Positions 37,865 to 47,322 of a stretch of DNA of 64,000 nucleotides are shown piece by piece. The translations under genes were made by a program, and so were the position numbers. Numbering within the stretch: position 1 is the stretch's first letter; each line of letters begins with the position of its first letter. Source of the stretch: an uncultured Bacteroidales bacterium (lineage in GTDB: Bacteria; Bacteroidota; Bacteroidia; Bacteroidales; Muribaculaceae); assembly GCA_902776435.1 (NCBI GenBank), contig CACYQB010000005.1:35234-99233 (forward strand), written 5' to 3'. The notes beneath the pieces were generated by a model. It made no database searches. It was not told the origin of the DNA and saw only the letters and a program-made list of their open reading frames with translations.

Positions 37865-39139
37865 TTATTCAAATTCAAATTTCTTGGCGGGGACACCGAT
37901 ATACGTTTGTCCATCCTTCGGTTTAGTCATGAGCACGCTGCCAGCACCGAGGGTGACATTGTCTCCGACATGGATCTTCTGCAGCACGACGCTGTCAACA
38001 CCGAACAAGTTGCAGCAGCCCACACGAACAGCCCCAGACAGACGAACAGCAGGCATGAGCACATTGAAATCCCCGACGACCACATCGTGGCCCAGCACAT
38101 TGGACCCATTCAGCACATTGAAATTACCCACCGTCACGTCACAAGTAGCACTGCACCCCTCCTGGATGATATTGCCCTGGCCAATCTTGAACGTACTAGG
38201 ATCCAATATCTTGAACGAAGGAGCAATCAGATTCGGATAATAGATATTCGGGTTAGTAATACGGCTCTGAATGTTATAACGCGTCCTAGGATCTCCAATA
38301 GCAATCGCTAACGCAAGAGGTTCACTCACCGAATTGAGATCCTCCATTCCTCCCAAAACTTCCCCATAGTGAGAAACCGATGAACCTACCTGCTTATTGT
38401 CATCAAAGAAACCAATGAAATTCCACCTTTCTTTCCCAAACTTGTTAATCTTTTCGATTCCACCAGCCACTTCACGGCCTAATCCGCCTGCTCCATAGAC
38501 AGCTATCCGCTTTGCACTATCATCAGCAATATCATGATTACCGGAACAGCAGCCTTGTTGTGACCTGATTCGGCAAGGATTGCCATAAGCAATCGCGCCA
38601 TCGGGCACGTCTTGGACAACAACACTACCAGCGCCTACTATACTCCACTTGCCAATCCTTACTCCAGGAATCACTACAGCCGCTGCGCCGATCCATGCGC
38701 CCTCTCCGACATGAACGTTTCCGCACAGGGTGGCCTGAGGTGAAACATGGACGAAGTCCTCAATAATACACTCGTGATCGACCGATGCTCCTGTGTTCAA
38801 AATGCAATGTGAACCTATTGTCGCTCCGCTCTGGATAATTGCTCCTTGCATCACGACTGTACCCTTCCCCATTCTAACATTGGGAGAGATAATCGCTGAC
38901 GGATGGCGAACTGTAGCAAAATCGCATTGCTGAAGTTTGTCAACAATCTGCTTGCGAACTGTATTATTTCCAATGCTCACAATGACAGGAGACTCGCCTT
39001 GCCACTGATGCTTGACAGGTGTTGATAACAACTCGTTGATGGTAATATCATCATCAAAGAGGGCATCAATCTTAATATTTAAGGCCTTAAGAATGTCAAT
39101 AATGACCTTAGCGTGGCCACTGGCTCCGTAAAGATACAT
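37865..39139 (-). CDS. Tandem-fused double PglD/NeuD-family LbH acyltransferase
   Basis: Domain 1 LYGASGHAK...DHEC...GNPCR; linker; domain 2 VYGAGGLGRE...GHDVVVG...GVPAKK. Confidence 0.88.
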   Translation of the reverse strand: MYLYGASGHAKVIIDILKALNIKIDALFDDDITINELLSTPVKHQWQGESPVIVSIGNNTVRKQIVDKLQQCDFATVRHPSAIISPNVRMGKGTVVMQGAIIQSGATIGSHCILNTGASVDHECIIEDFVHVSPQATLCGNVHVGEGAWIGAAAVVIPGVRIGKWSIVGAGSVVVQDVPDGAIAYGNPCRIRSQQGCCSGNHDIADDSAKRIAVYGAGGLGREVAGGIEKINKFGKERWNFIGFFDDNKQVGSSVSHYGEVLGGMEDLNSVSEPLALAIAIGDPRTRYNIQSRITNPNIYYPNLIAPSFKILDPSTFKIGQGNIIQEGCSATCDVTVGNFNVLNGSNVLGHDVVVGDFNVLMPAVRLSGAVRVGCCNLFGVDSVVLQKIHVGDNVTLGAGSVLMTKPKDGQTYIGVPAKKFEFE

Positions 39140-39144
39140 AACGC

Positions 39145-39759
39145 TTAATTATTTCCGTTAAATGCTTCCATTGTTGCTTGACCGTCCTGAGATATGCCAT
39201 CACGGACAATCACTTTTTTTATCGTGGTGAGAATCACCTCTATGTCTGTCTTGAAACTGCAGTGGTCAACATACCACACATCAAGTTTAAACTTCTCAGT
39301 CCAAGACAATGAGTTGCGGCCATGACATTGAGCCCAACCTGAAATGCCTGGCCTCACTTCATGGCGCCGAGCTTGCTCTGGAGAATACAAAGGCAAATAC
39401 TGCACCAAAAGAGGCCTTGGGCCAATAATGGCCATGTCACCTTTGAGCACATTGAAAAGCTGTGGTAGCTCATCTATACTGGTTGAGCGAACGAAACGCC
39501 CTACCCTAGTTAACCGCACTTCGTCTGGCAGGAGTTCTCCATTGGCGTCTCGCTCATCAGTCATTGTCTTATATTTGATAATCTTGAAAATCTTGCCATT
39601 CTTGCCAGGGCGCTCCTGAAAGAAAAACGCACCAGCGCCCTTGTTGGCAAAATGAAGCCAAATGGTCACCACTAAAAACAATGGTGACAGACAAATGATG
39701 GCAATGAGGGAAATACAGAATCCCAACACACGTTTGATATGGTCACGGTATATCTTCAC
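39145..39759 (-). CDS. Initiating phosphoglycosyl transferase (PglC-like)
   Basis: FFQERPG, KYKTM, SIDELPQLFNVLKGDM, IGPRP, RPGISGWAQ. Confidence 0.93.
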   Translation of the reverse strand: MKIYRDHIKRVLGFCISLIAIICLSPLFLVVTIWLHFANKGAGAFFFQERPGKNGKIFKIIKYKTMTDERDANGELLPDEVRLTRVGRFVRSTSIDELPQLFNVLKGDMAIIGPRPLLVQYLPLYSPEQARRHEVRPGISGWAQCHGRNSLSWTEKFKLDVWYVDHCSFKTDIEVILTTIKKVIVRDGISQDGQATMEAFNGNN

Positions 39760-39768
39760 TGCAATTTC

Positions 39769-40884
39769 TTAATCTTTCAGAATCTCATGGTAGAAATCAT
39801 AAAGACACTGTCGGACATAACCCTGTTCGTAGCGTGAGGCAATCAGAGGACGGGCATTTGCTGCTAAAGACTGTGTCAACTCGGAATCCTCCACAAAACG
39901 CTTCATGGCTTGATATAAAGCCTCCTCATTTTGAGGGGGAACAATAACGCCATTCTGGCCATCGATAATGATTTCGCGGGAGCCGTTGATATCCGTGACA
40001 ATGCTAGGTAAACCCATCGCGCCAGCCTCGATCACCACGTTGGGGAAGCCCTCACGATAGCTCGGGAAAACCAACGCATCGGCATTGGCATAATAAGACT
40101 TCACATCGCTTTGTTTCCCCACCGCTTCAATGCCCTCGCCACGGTCGATACGCTCCAGGGTCTCAGGCAAAACGGGATCAAGGTCATCCTCACGTGGACC
40201 GACCAATACCAAGCGAACATCGTTGTGCTCCTGATGCAAGCGGTCAAACGCCTTGACCAATTCATTGATGCCCTTGTCGCGGACAATGCGGCCCACGAAT
40301 ACGAAAGTAAAGCCTTGATGACTCTTGCTGGTTGTCTCAGCAGGTTTGAAGTAATCTAAATCTATGCCTTTCACATTGCCATACCCCAAAACCTTAAGGG
40401 GTTTGCGTGTAATGTGATGATTGAGCAGGTCAGATTTCACGCCTTCGCCCTCGGGGATGATGTGTGTCGCACAAGCGCATGTCAACCAATCGGTCGCCAT
40501 AAGAACGCGGCGTTTCAATCCTGTGGAAGTGGGCCAGACAAGACCTGTAAACGTGTGGACCCGCACTGGGACACCTGTTAGCCATCCAGCCATCATGCAG
40601 ATGAGGCCAGCCTTGGGCGTCATCGAGTGAATCATGTCGGGTTTCTCTTTTCGCAATACACGCCACATCCGCCACAAGGATTTCAAGTCCTTCAACAGAG
40701 AGATGTGTCGCTCCATTGGCACAGCAATCGTCCGGACGCCCTCACGAGCGCCCACCTCGTCAAGAACTTTGCCAGGTGAAGAAACCGCCACAACCTCATA
40801 GTCCCGCGACAATTCCCTCAACATGTCCCGGCAAAACGCCTCCAACGACAACGGCACGGTAGCCGCCCTAACAACCTTCTTCAT
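39769..40884 (-). CDS. Glycosyltransferase family 4 (PglA-like)
   Basis: HSMTPKAG, HTFTG, GRIVRDKGINE, FPSYREGFPNVVIEA. Confidence 0.92.
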   Translation of the reverse strand: MKKVVRAATVPLSLEAFCRDMLRELSRDYEVVAVSSPGKVLDEVGAREGVRTIAVPMERHISLLKDLKSLWRMWRVLRKEKPDMIHSMTPKAGLICMMAGWLTGVPVRVHTFTGLVWPTSTGLKRRVLMATDWLTCACATHIIPEGEGVKSDLLNHHITRKPLKVLGYGNVKGIDLDYFKPAETTSKSHQGFTFVFVGRIVRDKGINELVKAFDRLHQEHNDVRLVLVGPREDDLDPVLPETLERIDRGEGIEAVGKQSDVKSYYANADALVFPSYREGFPNVVIEAGAMGLPSIVTDINGSREIIIDGQNGVIVPPQNEEALYQAMKRFVEDSELTQSLAANARPLIASRYEQGYVRQCLYDFYHEILKD

Positions 40885-40905
40885 TGATTATAATGATCTT
40901 AGAAG

Positions 40906-40997
40906 TAAAAAAGTCACAGATAGATTCCTTATGCTACTTGTATTTAATCAACTACAGCAAATCGAAATATCTAAAACAATTACATAAAAAAGTCACA
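40906..40997. repeat. 13-bp direct repeat taaaaaagtcaca (40906-40918 and 40985-40997)
   Basis: Two exact copies 79 bp apart in the intergenic gap at a GC-content boundary. Confidence 0.7.
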
Positions 40998-41046
40998 ACA
41001 ACCCGCATTTCAAAAATGATTCTTCATTATTACATATGATCCATAA

Positions 41047-41976
41047 TCATTCCTCAAACTTCTCTCCAATCATACTATCTACTTTTTTCATCTTTGAATT
41101 CCGTTTTACTTTTGACCAAATCAAAACAGATAAAGCGAAACCACTAGGGATGCAAAGAACGGTCAACAATTTTTCCGGACTTTCACTAATAAAATGAAAA
41201 TTTTTGCTGATGATACTACTGGAAACATAATGCGTACAAATTTGTAATTTCCGAATTAGTTTCGTAGCTGTTTTCATCTCCGTCTTTCTGAAAAAAGCGA
41301 ATCCCCTAGGATTATTCCAATATTGCTTATACATATTGTAACTAGAACCTTCTGTCTGATAATCAACAATTACCAACGGATGATTCAGCGTCACTAATGT
41401 ATAATCATGATCGATAAGCATATATTTATATGCGAGACCAACGTATTTCTCGCCCTCAAATAGCGGATATTCTGGATACCGAGTAATAACATCTGTTCGA
41501 TAAACCATTTTCTTGTCACCTTTTCCACCAGCTTCGTAAAATCCATACAATGTTGTTGTTTTCATGCCTAATGGGAATTTAGTTCCTAATAATTGTCCTT
41601 CTGTTGTGATATCAAGTCCAATTATTCCAGCTACATGTTCATCATGCGACTCTTTCCAACAGACCAGGATACGTTCCACAGCATCATCTGGCATATAATC
41701 ATCACTGTCAATGCAAACATTAAGCTCTGTATCAATATTTCTATAAGCTGTATTGTGGGCTCCATGCATACCTTGGTTTTGTTGATAAATATAGCGGATA
41801 GGTATAACCCTATCATCAATCCATTCTTTCACCACTTGACGAGTGTTATCTGTTGAGCCATCGTCAATTATCAACCAACAAAAATCTTTGCATGTCTGCC
41901 GGCACAAACTATCATAAGTTCTTTTCAATGTATGAGCCCGATTATAAGCGGGTGTAAAAACAGTCAACATTGCCAT
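41047..41976 (-). CDS. Glycosyltransferase family 2 (paralog of 44079-45008)
   Basis: LTVFTPAYNRAH, IDDGSTD, CIDSDD. Confidence 0.92.
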   Translation of the reverse strand: MAMLTVFTPAYNRAHTLKRTYDSLCRQTCKDFCWLIIDDGSTDNTRQVVKEWIDDRVIPIRYIYQQNQGMHGAHNTAYRNIDTELNVCIDSDDYMPDDAVERILVCWKESHDEHVAGIIGLDITTEGQLLGTKFPLGMKTTTLYGFYEAGGKGDKKMVYRTDVITRYPEYPLFEGEKYVGLAYKYMLIDHDYTLVTLNHPLVIVDYQTEGSSYNMYKQYWNNPRGFAFFRKTEMKTATKLIRKLQICTHYVSSSIISKNFHFISESPEKLLTVLCIPSGFALSVLIWSKVKRNSKMKKVDSMIGEKFEE

Positions 41977-42019
41977 AATATCACTTCTTATTTATCTAGC
42001 AAAAGATATATCAGGTTGA

Positions 42020-43108
42020 TTACACAATTGATTTATACAGATTACTATAATTCTCGGCCATGACAGTTATATCATAACGTTTTGCACGTTCTTGACATCG
42101 TTCTGCTATTTCATGATACTCATCTGGGTGTTCACAAAGCCATTGTATTTTAACAGCAAGCTCTTTGTCATCTCCTTGTGGAAAGAGAACGCCTGCACCT
42201 CTCACCACATCTCGTAATCCTCCCACATCACTCGCTACCAATGGCCTTCCTGAAGCCATTGCCTCTACGGCGGCCAAACCAAAGCCTTCCCAATGAGAAG
42301 ACAAGACCACTACATCACTTTTCTCTAACAATTCTGGAACATCTGAGCGTGCTCCTAAAAAATCGACTTGGTTTTGGATACCAAGATCAACACACATCTG
42401 TTTGAGCGCGGGGACCTTTTCATCAAAATCACGACCAGCCAGCTGCAATCTATAATTATTTGGCAATCTTGATACAGCTCTTAGCAATGTCTCGTGATCC
42501 TTCTGTTTTCTAAAAGCAGAAATCATTGAAATCACATAGTTGCTCTTCTTTGAGATAACTGATATTGGCTTTAAAAACCTACTTATATTGACACCATTAT
42601 GAATTGTTATAATTTTTCCTGAATTACCAATGTAATCGCTTAGATTTCTCCTAGTCTGCTCAGATATACACACAATGGACGAATAATTATTATAAATCCA
42701 TCTATCAATCTTTTTAAACCATTTCAAAGAACGCCTGCGATTAAACGTATTATGTTCCGTTGTCACTAACTTAGATTTCGCATTTTGCAACAATACAGCC
42801 AACGCCACATAAAGTTGGCATGCAGTATTGTGAGTATGAATGATATCATATTTCTTTAAATACTTCTTCAGACGAAAAATATTAATTGGATTATAGACTT
42901 CATAGTGATGCTTTATACCCTTCCAGCAGGACAATTGATAGATGTGGACACCTTTCCTCATCAACTCCTCCTTAAATGGCGTATCAACTCCATTGAACAA
43001 CAACAGATCTACTTGGTTACCATTTTGTTGTAACAATGGGAGCAGATCAACCATTAATCGTTCCGCCCCTCCAATGTCCAGCGTCGTAATCACATGGAGT
43101 ATCTTCAT
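42020..43108 (-). CDS. Glycosyltransferase family 4 (paralog of 45005-46090)
   Basis: MKILHVITTLDIGGAE, VTTEHN, SSHWEGFGLAAVEAMASG; start moved to 43108 (ATGA overlap). Confidence 0.92.
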   Translation of the reverse strand: MKILHVITTLDIGGAERLMVDLLPLLQQNGNQVDLLLFNGVDTPFKEELMRKGVHIYQLSCWKGIKHHYEVYNPINIFRLKKYLKKYDIIHTHNTACQLYVALAVLLQNAKSKLVTTEHNTFNRRRSLKWFKKIDRWIYNNYSSIVCISEQTRRNLSDYIGNSGKIITIHNGVNISRFLKPISVISKKSNYVISMISAFRKQKDHETLLRAVSRLPNNYRLQLAGRDFDEKVPALKQMCVDLGIQNQVDFLGARSDVPELLEKSDVVVLSSHWEGFGLAAVEAMASGRPLVASDVGGLRDVVRGAGVLFPQGDDKELAVKIQWLCEHPDEYHEIAERCQERAKRYDITVMAENYSNLYKSIV

Positions 43109-44082
43109 AACTTCAAAATATAATTCGGAATATGTATATATTCCCGTGATTTCACCATCCTCATCCCATCTCTGATACCCATGCAATAGAAATAAAGGAC
43201 TTTCGGCGAACGAAAATAAACCGAAGCACCAATATGTGATAAGAACAGCCACATAGTTTTAAAAATAAAAGCCAATATAGCCCTCAACTTCTTATAGGTT
43301 GGCAAGTTGTCAAGATTATAACAGATCCTGTGCCAAACCATTAACGAAGCCATCGAACGGGTGTAGAACTTCTTGGGATCACGCTGGAATGCTGCGCTTG
43401 ATGATTTACCGTCAAGGTGGTTAATGCCGCAATTGTAGTGCATTCCTAATCGGTAGCCATTCTTATAGAGTTTATTGAAAATGAGGTTATCGTCGCCAAA
43501 AGAGAAACCAAATCTGTCAATCCAAAGCTCATCTTCGTAATGCAAATCCCGAAAAACCTTTTTACGCCATAACGCGGCTGGACCAGCAGCACTTTGGGAA
43601 AGATATATATCTTTTGTAACTCGATTGTTATAACTGAAACTGCCGTTACTGTGTATCTTCACAGCCCAGGTATCACTCCAATGAGGGAACACCAAATTTG
43701 TTACCGCAATATAAACTTTCTTTGGAAACGAAATCATATAATTTCTAAAAGTAACTGCGGCAATGCAATCGAAGTTGTTCTCCTCTAATGCCTCTATCAA
43801 TTTATGTGCACTATCATCTGCCAGTTCCACATCGTCATCAAGCATTAGAATCAAGGGGGTATCAATTTCATCATATGGCAAAACGCGCTGTGCCATCATC
43901 CCTTTCTTGACCCAAACATATTCTTCTTTGCCAATCGTATAATCAGGACGATCATATCCTTCAGCAATATAGATGACAACCTTTTCAGGCTGAACAGTCT
44001 GCCGCTTTATGGACTCTAGTTCCCTGACAAATTTTTCGCCCGAAGTCCCCAACGTCCGTATTGCAATAGAGTATTTCGTCAT
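43105..44082 (-). CDS. GT-A fold glycosyltransferase (GT2-like)
   Basis: SIAIRTLG, LMLDDDVEL DxD motif, FGDD. Confidence 0.75.
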   Translation of the reverse strand: MTKYSIAIRTLGTSGEKFVRELESIKRQTVQPEKVVIYIAEGYDRPDYTIGKEEYVWVKKGMMAQRVLPYDEIDTPLILMLDDDVELADDSAHKLIEALEENNFDCIAAVTFRNYMISFPKKVYIAVTNLVFPHWSDTWAVKIHSNGSFSYNNRVTKDIYLSQSAAGPAALWRKKVFRDLHYEDELWIDRFGFSFGDDNLIFNKLYKNGYRLGMHYNCGINHLDGKSSSAAFQRDPKKFYTRSMASLMVWHRICYNLDNLPTYKKLRAILAFIFKTMWLFLSHIGASVYFRSPKVLYFYCMGIRDGMRMVKSREYIHIPNYILKL

Positions 44083-45008
44083 CCGGCTTTATGTTTGATA
44101 TACATTGACAAGGCTAAACCTATAGGTGCTGCTACCATTACGAGCAACTTGTTCGGAGTCTTCTTAAGCCACAGTTTATCTTTAGCAAGAATGCAACTCG
44201 AAACATAGTGAATTGCAGAACGAAAACGGTTCTTGAACGTATTGCGCTTCAGTTGCATCTCTAATAAACGAAGTTTTGCAAAACTCCTAGGGCTGTTCAT
44301 ATACTGACGATAAATGCTTCGAGACATGCTATCATCCTGCTGGTACTCCACAATGCATAGGTTCTCGTTTAACACCAATAAAGGATAATCATCACACACC
44401 TGAAGTAGCATATAGACTGGGTTGAAATTCTTTTCGCCATCAAACCCCACTTGGGGAGCTACTTTTTTCATAAGATCTGTACGCATCACCTCTTTTGTGT
44501 CCGCCCTATGTATATTCTTGATATACATATCAAGGAAATAGGTCTCTGCCAAGTCTTCAGGGAAATAGCCACCAAGAGGGTTCCCTTTTGTGTCAAAGTC
44601 AAGCCCCATGATGCCCGCATATTGACTTCCCCCTTTCTGGGTCCAGCACTTCAGTATCTTTTCCACGGCATCATCTGGCATCCAATCATCGCTATCAATG
44701 CAAACGCAAAGGTCTGTATCTATGTTGGCATATGCAGTGTTATATCCCGTATGCAAACCGCCATTTGCTTTCCAAATATACTTTATTTTAAATCCTGCTT
44801 CACATTGTCCTTCAAAAACCTTACCTGGATCATCTTGATGATGAACAAGCCATGAGGCAACTAAAGAACGCGTGTTATCTGTGCTCCCGTCATCAATAAC
44901 CAGCCATTCAAACTCCTTACACGTCTGGCGGCACAAACTCTCATAAGTTCGCCAAATGGTGTGAGCCCGATTATATGTTGGGGTAAAGACAGTTAATGTG
45001 ACCATCAA
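44079..45008 (-). CDS. Glycosyltransferase family 2
   Basis: LTVFTPTYNRAH, IDDGSTD, CIDSDD. Confidence 0.92.
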   Translation of the reverse strand: MMVTLTVFTPTYNRAHTIWRTYESLCRQTCKEFEWLVIDDGSTDNTRSLVASWLVHHQDDPGKVFEGQCEAGFKIKYIWKANGGLHTGYNTAYANIDTDLCVCIDSDDWMPDDAVEKILKCWTQKGGSQYAGIMGLDFDTKGNPLGGYFPEDLAETYFLDMYIKNIHRADTKEVMRTDLMKKVAPQVGFDGEKNFNPVYMLLQVCDDYPLLVLNENLCIVEYQQDDSMSRSIYRQYMNSPRSFAKLRLLEMQLKRNTFKNRFRSAIHYVSSCILAKDKLWLKKTPNKLLVMVAAPIGLALSMYIKHKAG

Positions 45009-46090
45009 TTCTTGTTGCTGATTAGAGAATTATAGAGAGTAAGATAATTCTCAGCCATTTTTGATATGTCATATTGGCGAGCTCGTTCTTGACAACGTTG
45101 AGCGACCGACTTGTATTCATCAGGATTCTCACTCAAACGTTTTATGATGTTAGCTAGTTCAACATCATCCTCGTGTGCGAAGAGTACCCCTGCGCCACCG
45201 ACTATTTCCCTAAGACCGTCAACATCGCTTGCAATAAAAGGCCGACCTGAAGCCATGCCCTCGACGCTTGATAAGGATAGCCCTTCCCAATGCGAAGACA
45301 ACACCACAAAATCACTTTGTTCTAAAAACTCAGGCACATCATTGCGAACACCCATGAAATCGATACGATCATCGAGATCAAGATGATGGCAACAGGAACG
45401 AAGCCGCTGCTCATCTTCTTTCTCGCCGCCTCCGACAAACTGAAGTCGGAACATCTCAGGAAGATGCTTCATTGCCCGCATTAGAGTCTCATGATCTTTC
45501 TGGACCCTGTAAGTAGATACCATCGTAATCACAAAGTAATCTTTCCCAGTGATATCATTAATTGGCCTGACAAAACGATTAATATCAATGCCGTTGTAAA
45601 TGGTATGAATCTTATTCTGTTTGCCAAGATATTCTTCGAGATTTAGGCGGGTTTGGTCCGCTATGCAGATGATGGCATCATAGTGTTTGTACATCCACCT
45701 GTCAACTGGTTTAAGCCATCTGTTTTGACGTCTTCGGTTGTTGGCATTATGTTCAGTCGTCACCAACACAGGATGAGCCGAACTACACGACAGTGCCAAA
45801 GGAACAAACAATTGGCAGGCAGTATTATGAGTATGTATTACATCATATTGCGCCAGATAAGGCCGCATTCTGATGATATTTCGTGGATGGTAGACATCAT
45901 TAGTTGATGACAAAGCGAACACCCTGATTCCGCGCTCTTGAACAATAGCCTTGAATGGTGTTTCCACACCATTGATGAGAAGTAAATCAACCTGGTTCTT
46001 TCCATTATCACACAACCGAGGCAACAAGTCAACCATCAGTCGCTCGGCCCCTCCTGTATATAATGATGTGATAACGTGAAGAATTCTCAT
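45005..46090 (-). CDS. Glycosyltransferase family 4
   Basis: MRILHVITSLYTGGAE, VTTEHN, SSHWEGLSLSSVEGMASG. Confidence 0.92.
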   Translation of the reverse strand: MRILHVITSLYTGGAERLMVDLLPRLCDNGKNQVDLLLINGVETPFKAIVQERGIRVFALSSTNDVYHPRNIIRMRPYLAQYDVIHTHNTACQLFVPLALSCSSAHPVLVTTEHNANNRRRQNRWLKPVDRWMYKHYDAIICIADQTRLNLEEYLGKQNKIHTIYNGIDINRFVRPINDITGKDYFVITMVSTYRVQKDHETLMRAMKHLPEMFRLQFVGGGEKEDEQRLRSCCHHLDLDDRIDFMGVRNDVPEFLEQSDFVVLSSHWEGLSLSSVEGMASGRPFIASDVDGLREIVGGAGVLFAHEDDVELANIIKRLSENPDEYKSVAQRCQERARQYDISKMAENYLTLYNSLISNKN

Positions 46091-46136
46091 TGTAGTAGCA
46101 AAAAGCTATCAAATTATTGTTTTATTCAATTATTCT

Positions 46137-47303
46137 TTAGTCTCTCCACCAATACAAATCGAGACCTCGATAGCCATTACCAGTACCGAAATAGTAAATG
46201 AAGAACATGAAAAACACAAAGCCTGAATAAAAGAAAAGGATTAAAGCTGTACGGCGGTCTTGGTCTTTCCAAAGGTTCATTCGCAATAAAGGATATGCCA
46301 TGACAACTGGATAAATAAACCAGGATAAGTATGCAAAACGATTGGAGAACGAAGAGCGTATAACCATTAACCAGAAGGCATTGCACAACAAATACACATT
46401 TGAAATAGTATTATACGTCACATCATTGAACTTTCGATGCCGAGTAACATACCAAATCATGATCACAGGGAAGCCACTATATAACAAAAAATCCCACCGA
46501 AAGCCCGTGTGAGAAAAATACTCATCAGTTGCTTCAAAAGAATAGTTTGCCATGCGATCGTCAAAACCAAGTGAGGCAAAGAACTGAGTAATCGCCGAAC
46601 CTGCAACTAAAGAAAGAAAGATAGAAGAGACCCAAAAAGCCAGAGTCCATCTCGTTTCTTTGATGAAATAGATAGAAGAGATGGCTGCGGCAGTTGGTAG
46701 CATAGTAGAACGATGAATGCCAGAAGCAAGAAACATCAACAATAGAGCCAAGGCCCGTTTAGGTCCTTTTTCTACAACCAAAGCTATCGCAACCAGTTCA
46801 ATACTACATGCTAGTCCGTTTCTAATGCCATTAGTGCCAAATGTGAACGTCTGGAAAGCAGTAAAGAAAAAGAGCATGGCAATCCATAAATTCTTTCTCA
46901 TCAAAATTAATGAGCAAATAAACATGCCCCCAATATAGAAAACCTCAATAAAGAGGAAATACTCATTGACATTGAAGCCCATTCGACGGCAGAAATCTGA
47001 TATGAAGCCCCAAAGCCACTCATTCGACACATCTACATCAATTTTAGCGTATCCTCCTTCATAATCAAATGCATATAACCAACAATCACCGAATTCCAAT
47101 GATACTTGTCGCAAGCCAAGAAAAAAAGTAATAATTACTGTTAATATAAACGCTGCTGTTTGAACTGGGGAGCCCTCAGCGTGCAGAATTCTTTGTGAAG
47201 CGGCACCAATATAGTAAAGAACCGTGAACCAACAAATGACAAGTAATGATGTGTAATAAACTGTAGTGTAATAATATGCAGGTATAAATTCAATTCCTTC
47301 CAT
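46137..47303 (-). CDS. wzy: EpsG-family polysaccharide polymerase (Wzy)
   Basis: About 10 TM segments; GLRQVS..GD..Y, NGIRNGLA, IHRS, RFAYLSW. Confidence 0.8.
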   Translation of the reverse strand: MEGIEFIPAYYYTTVYYTSLLVICWFTVLYYIGAASQRILHAEGSPVQTAAFILTVIITFFLGLRQVSLEFGDCWLYAFDYEGGYAKIDVDVSNEWLWGFISDFCRRMGFNVNEYFLFIEVFYIGGMFICSLILMRKNLWIAMLFFFTAFQTFTFGTNGIRNGLACSIELVAIALVVEKGPKRALALLLMFLASGIHRSTMLPTAAAISSIYFIKETRWTLAFWVSSIFLSLVAGSAITQFFASLGFDDRMANYSFEATDEYFSHTGFRWDFLLYSGFPVIMIWYVTRHRKFNDVTYNTISNVYLLCNAFWLMVIRSSFSNRFAYLSWFIYPVVMAYPLLRMNLWKDQDRRTALILFFYSGFVFFMFFIYYFGTGNGYRGLDLYWWRD

Positions 47304-47322
47304 TCTATGAATCTTTGAATGA

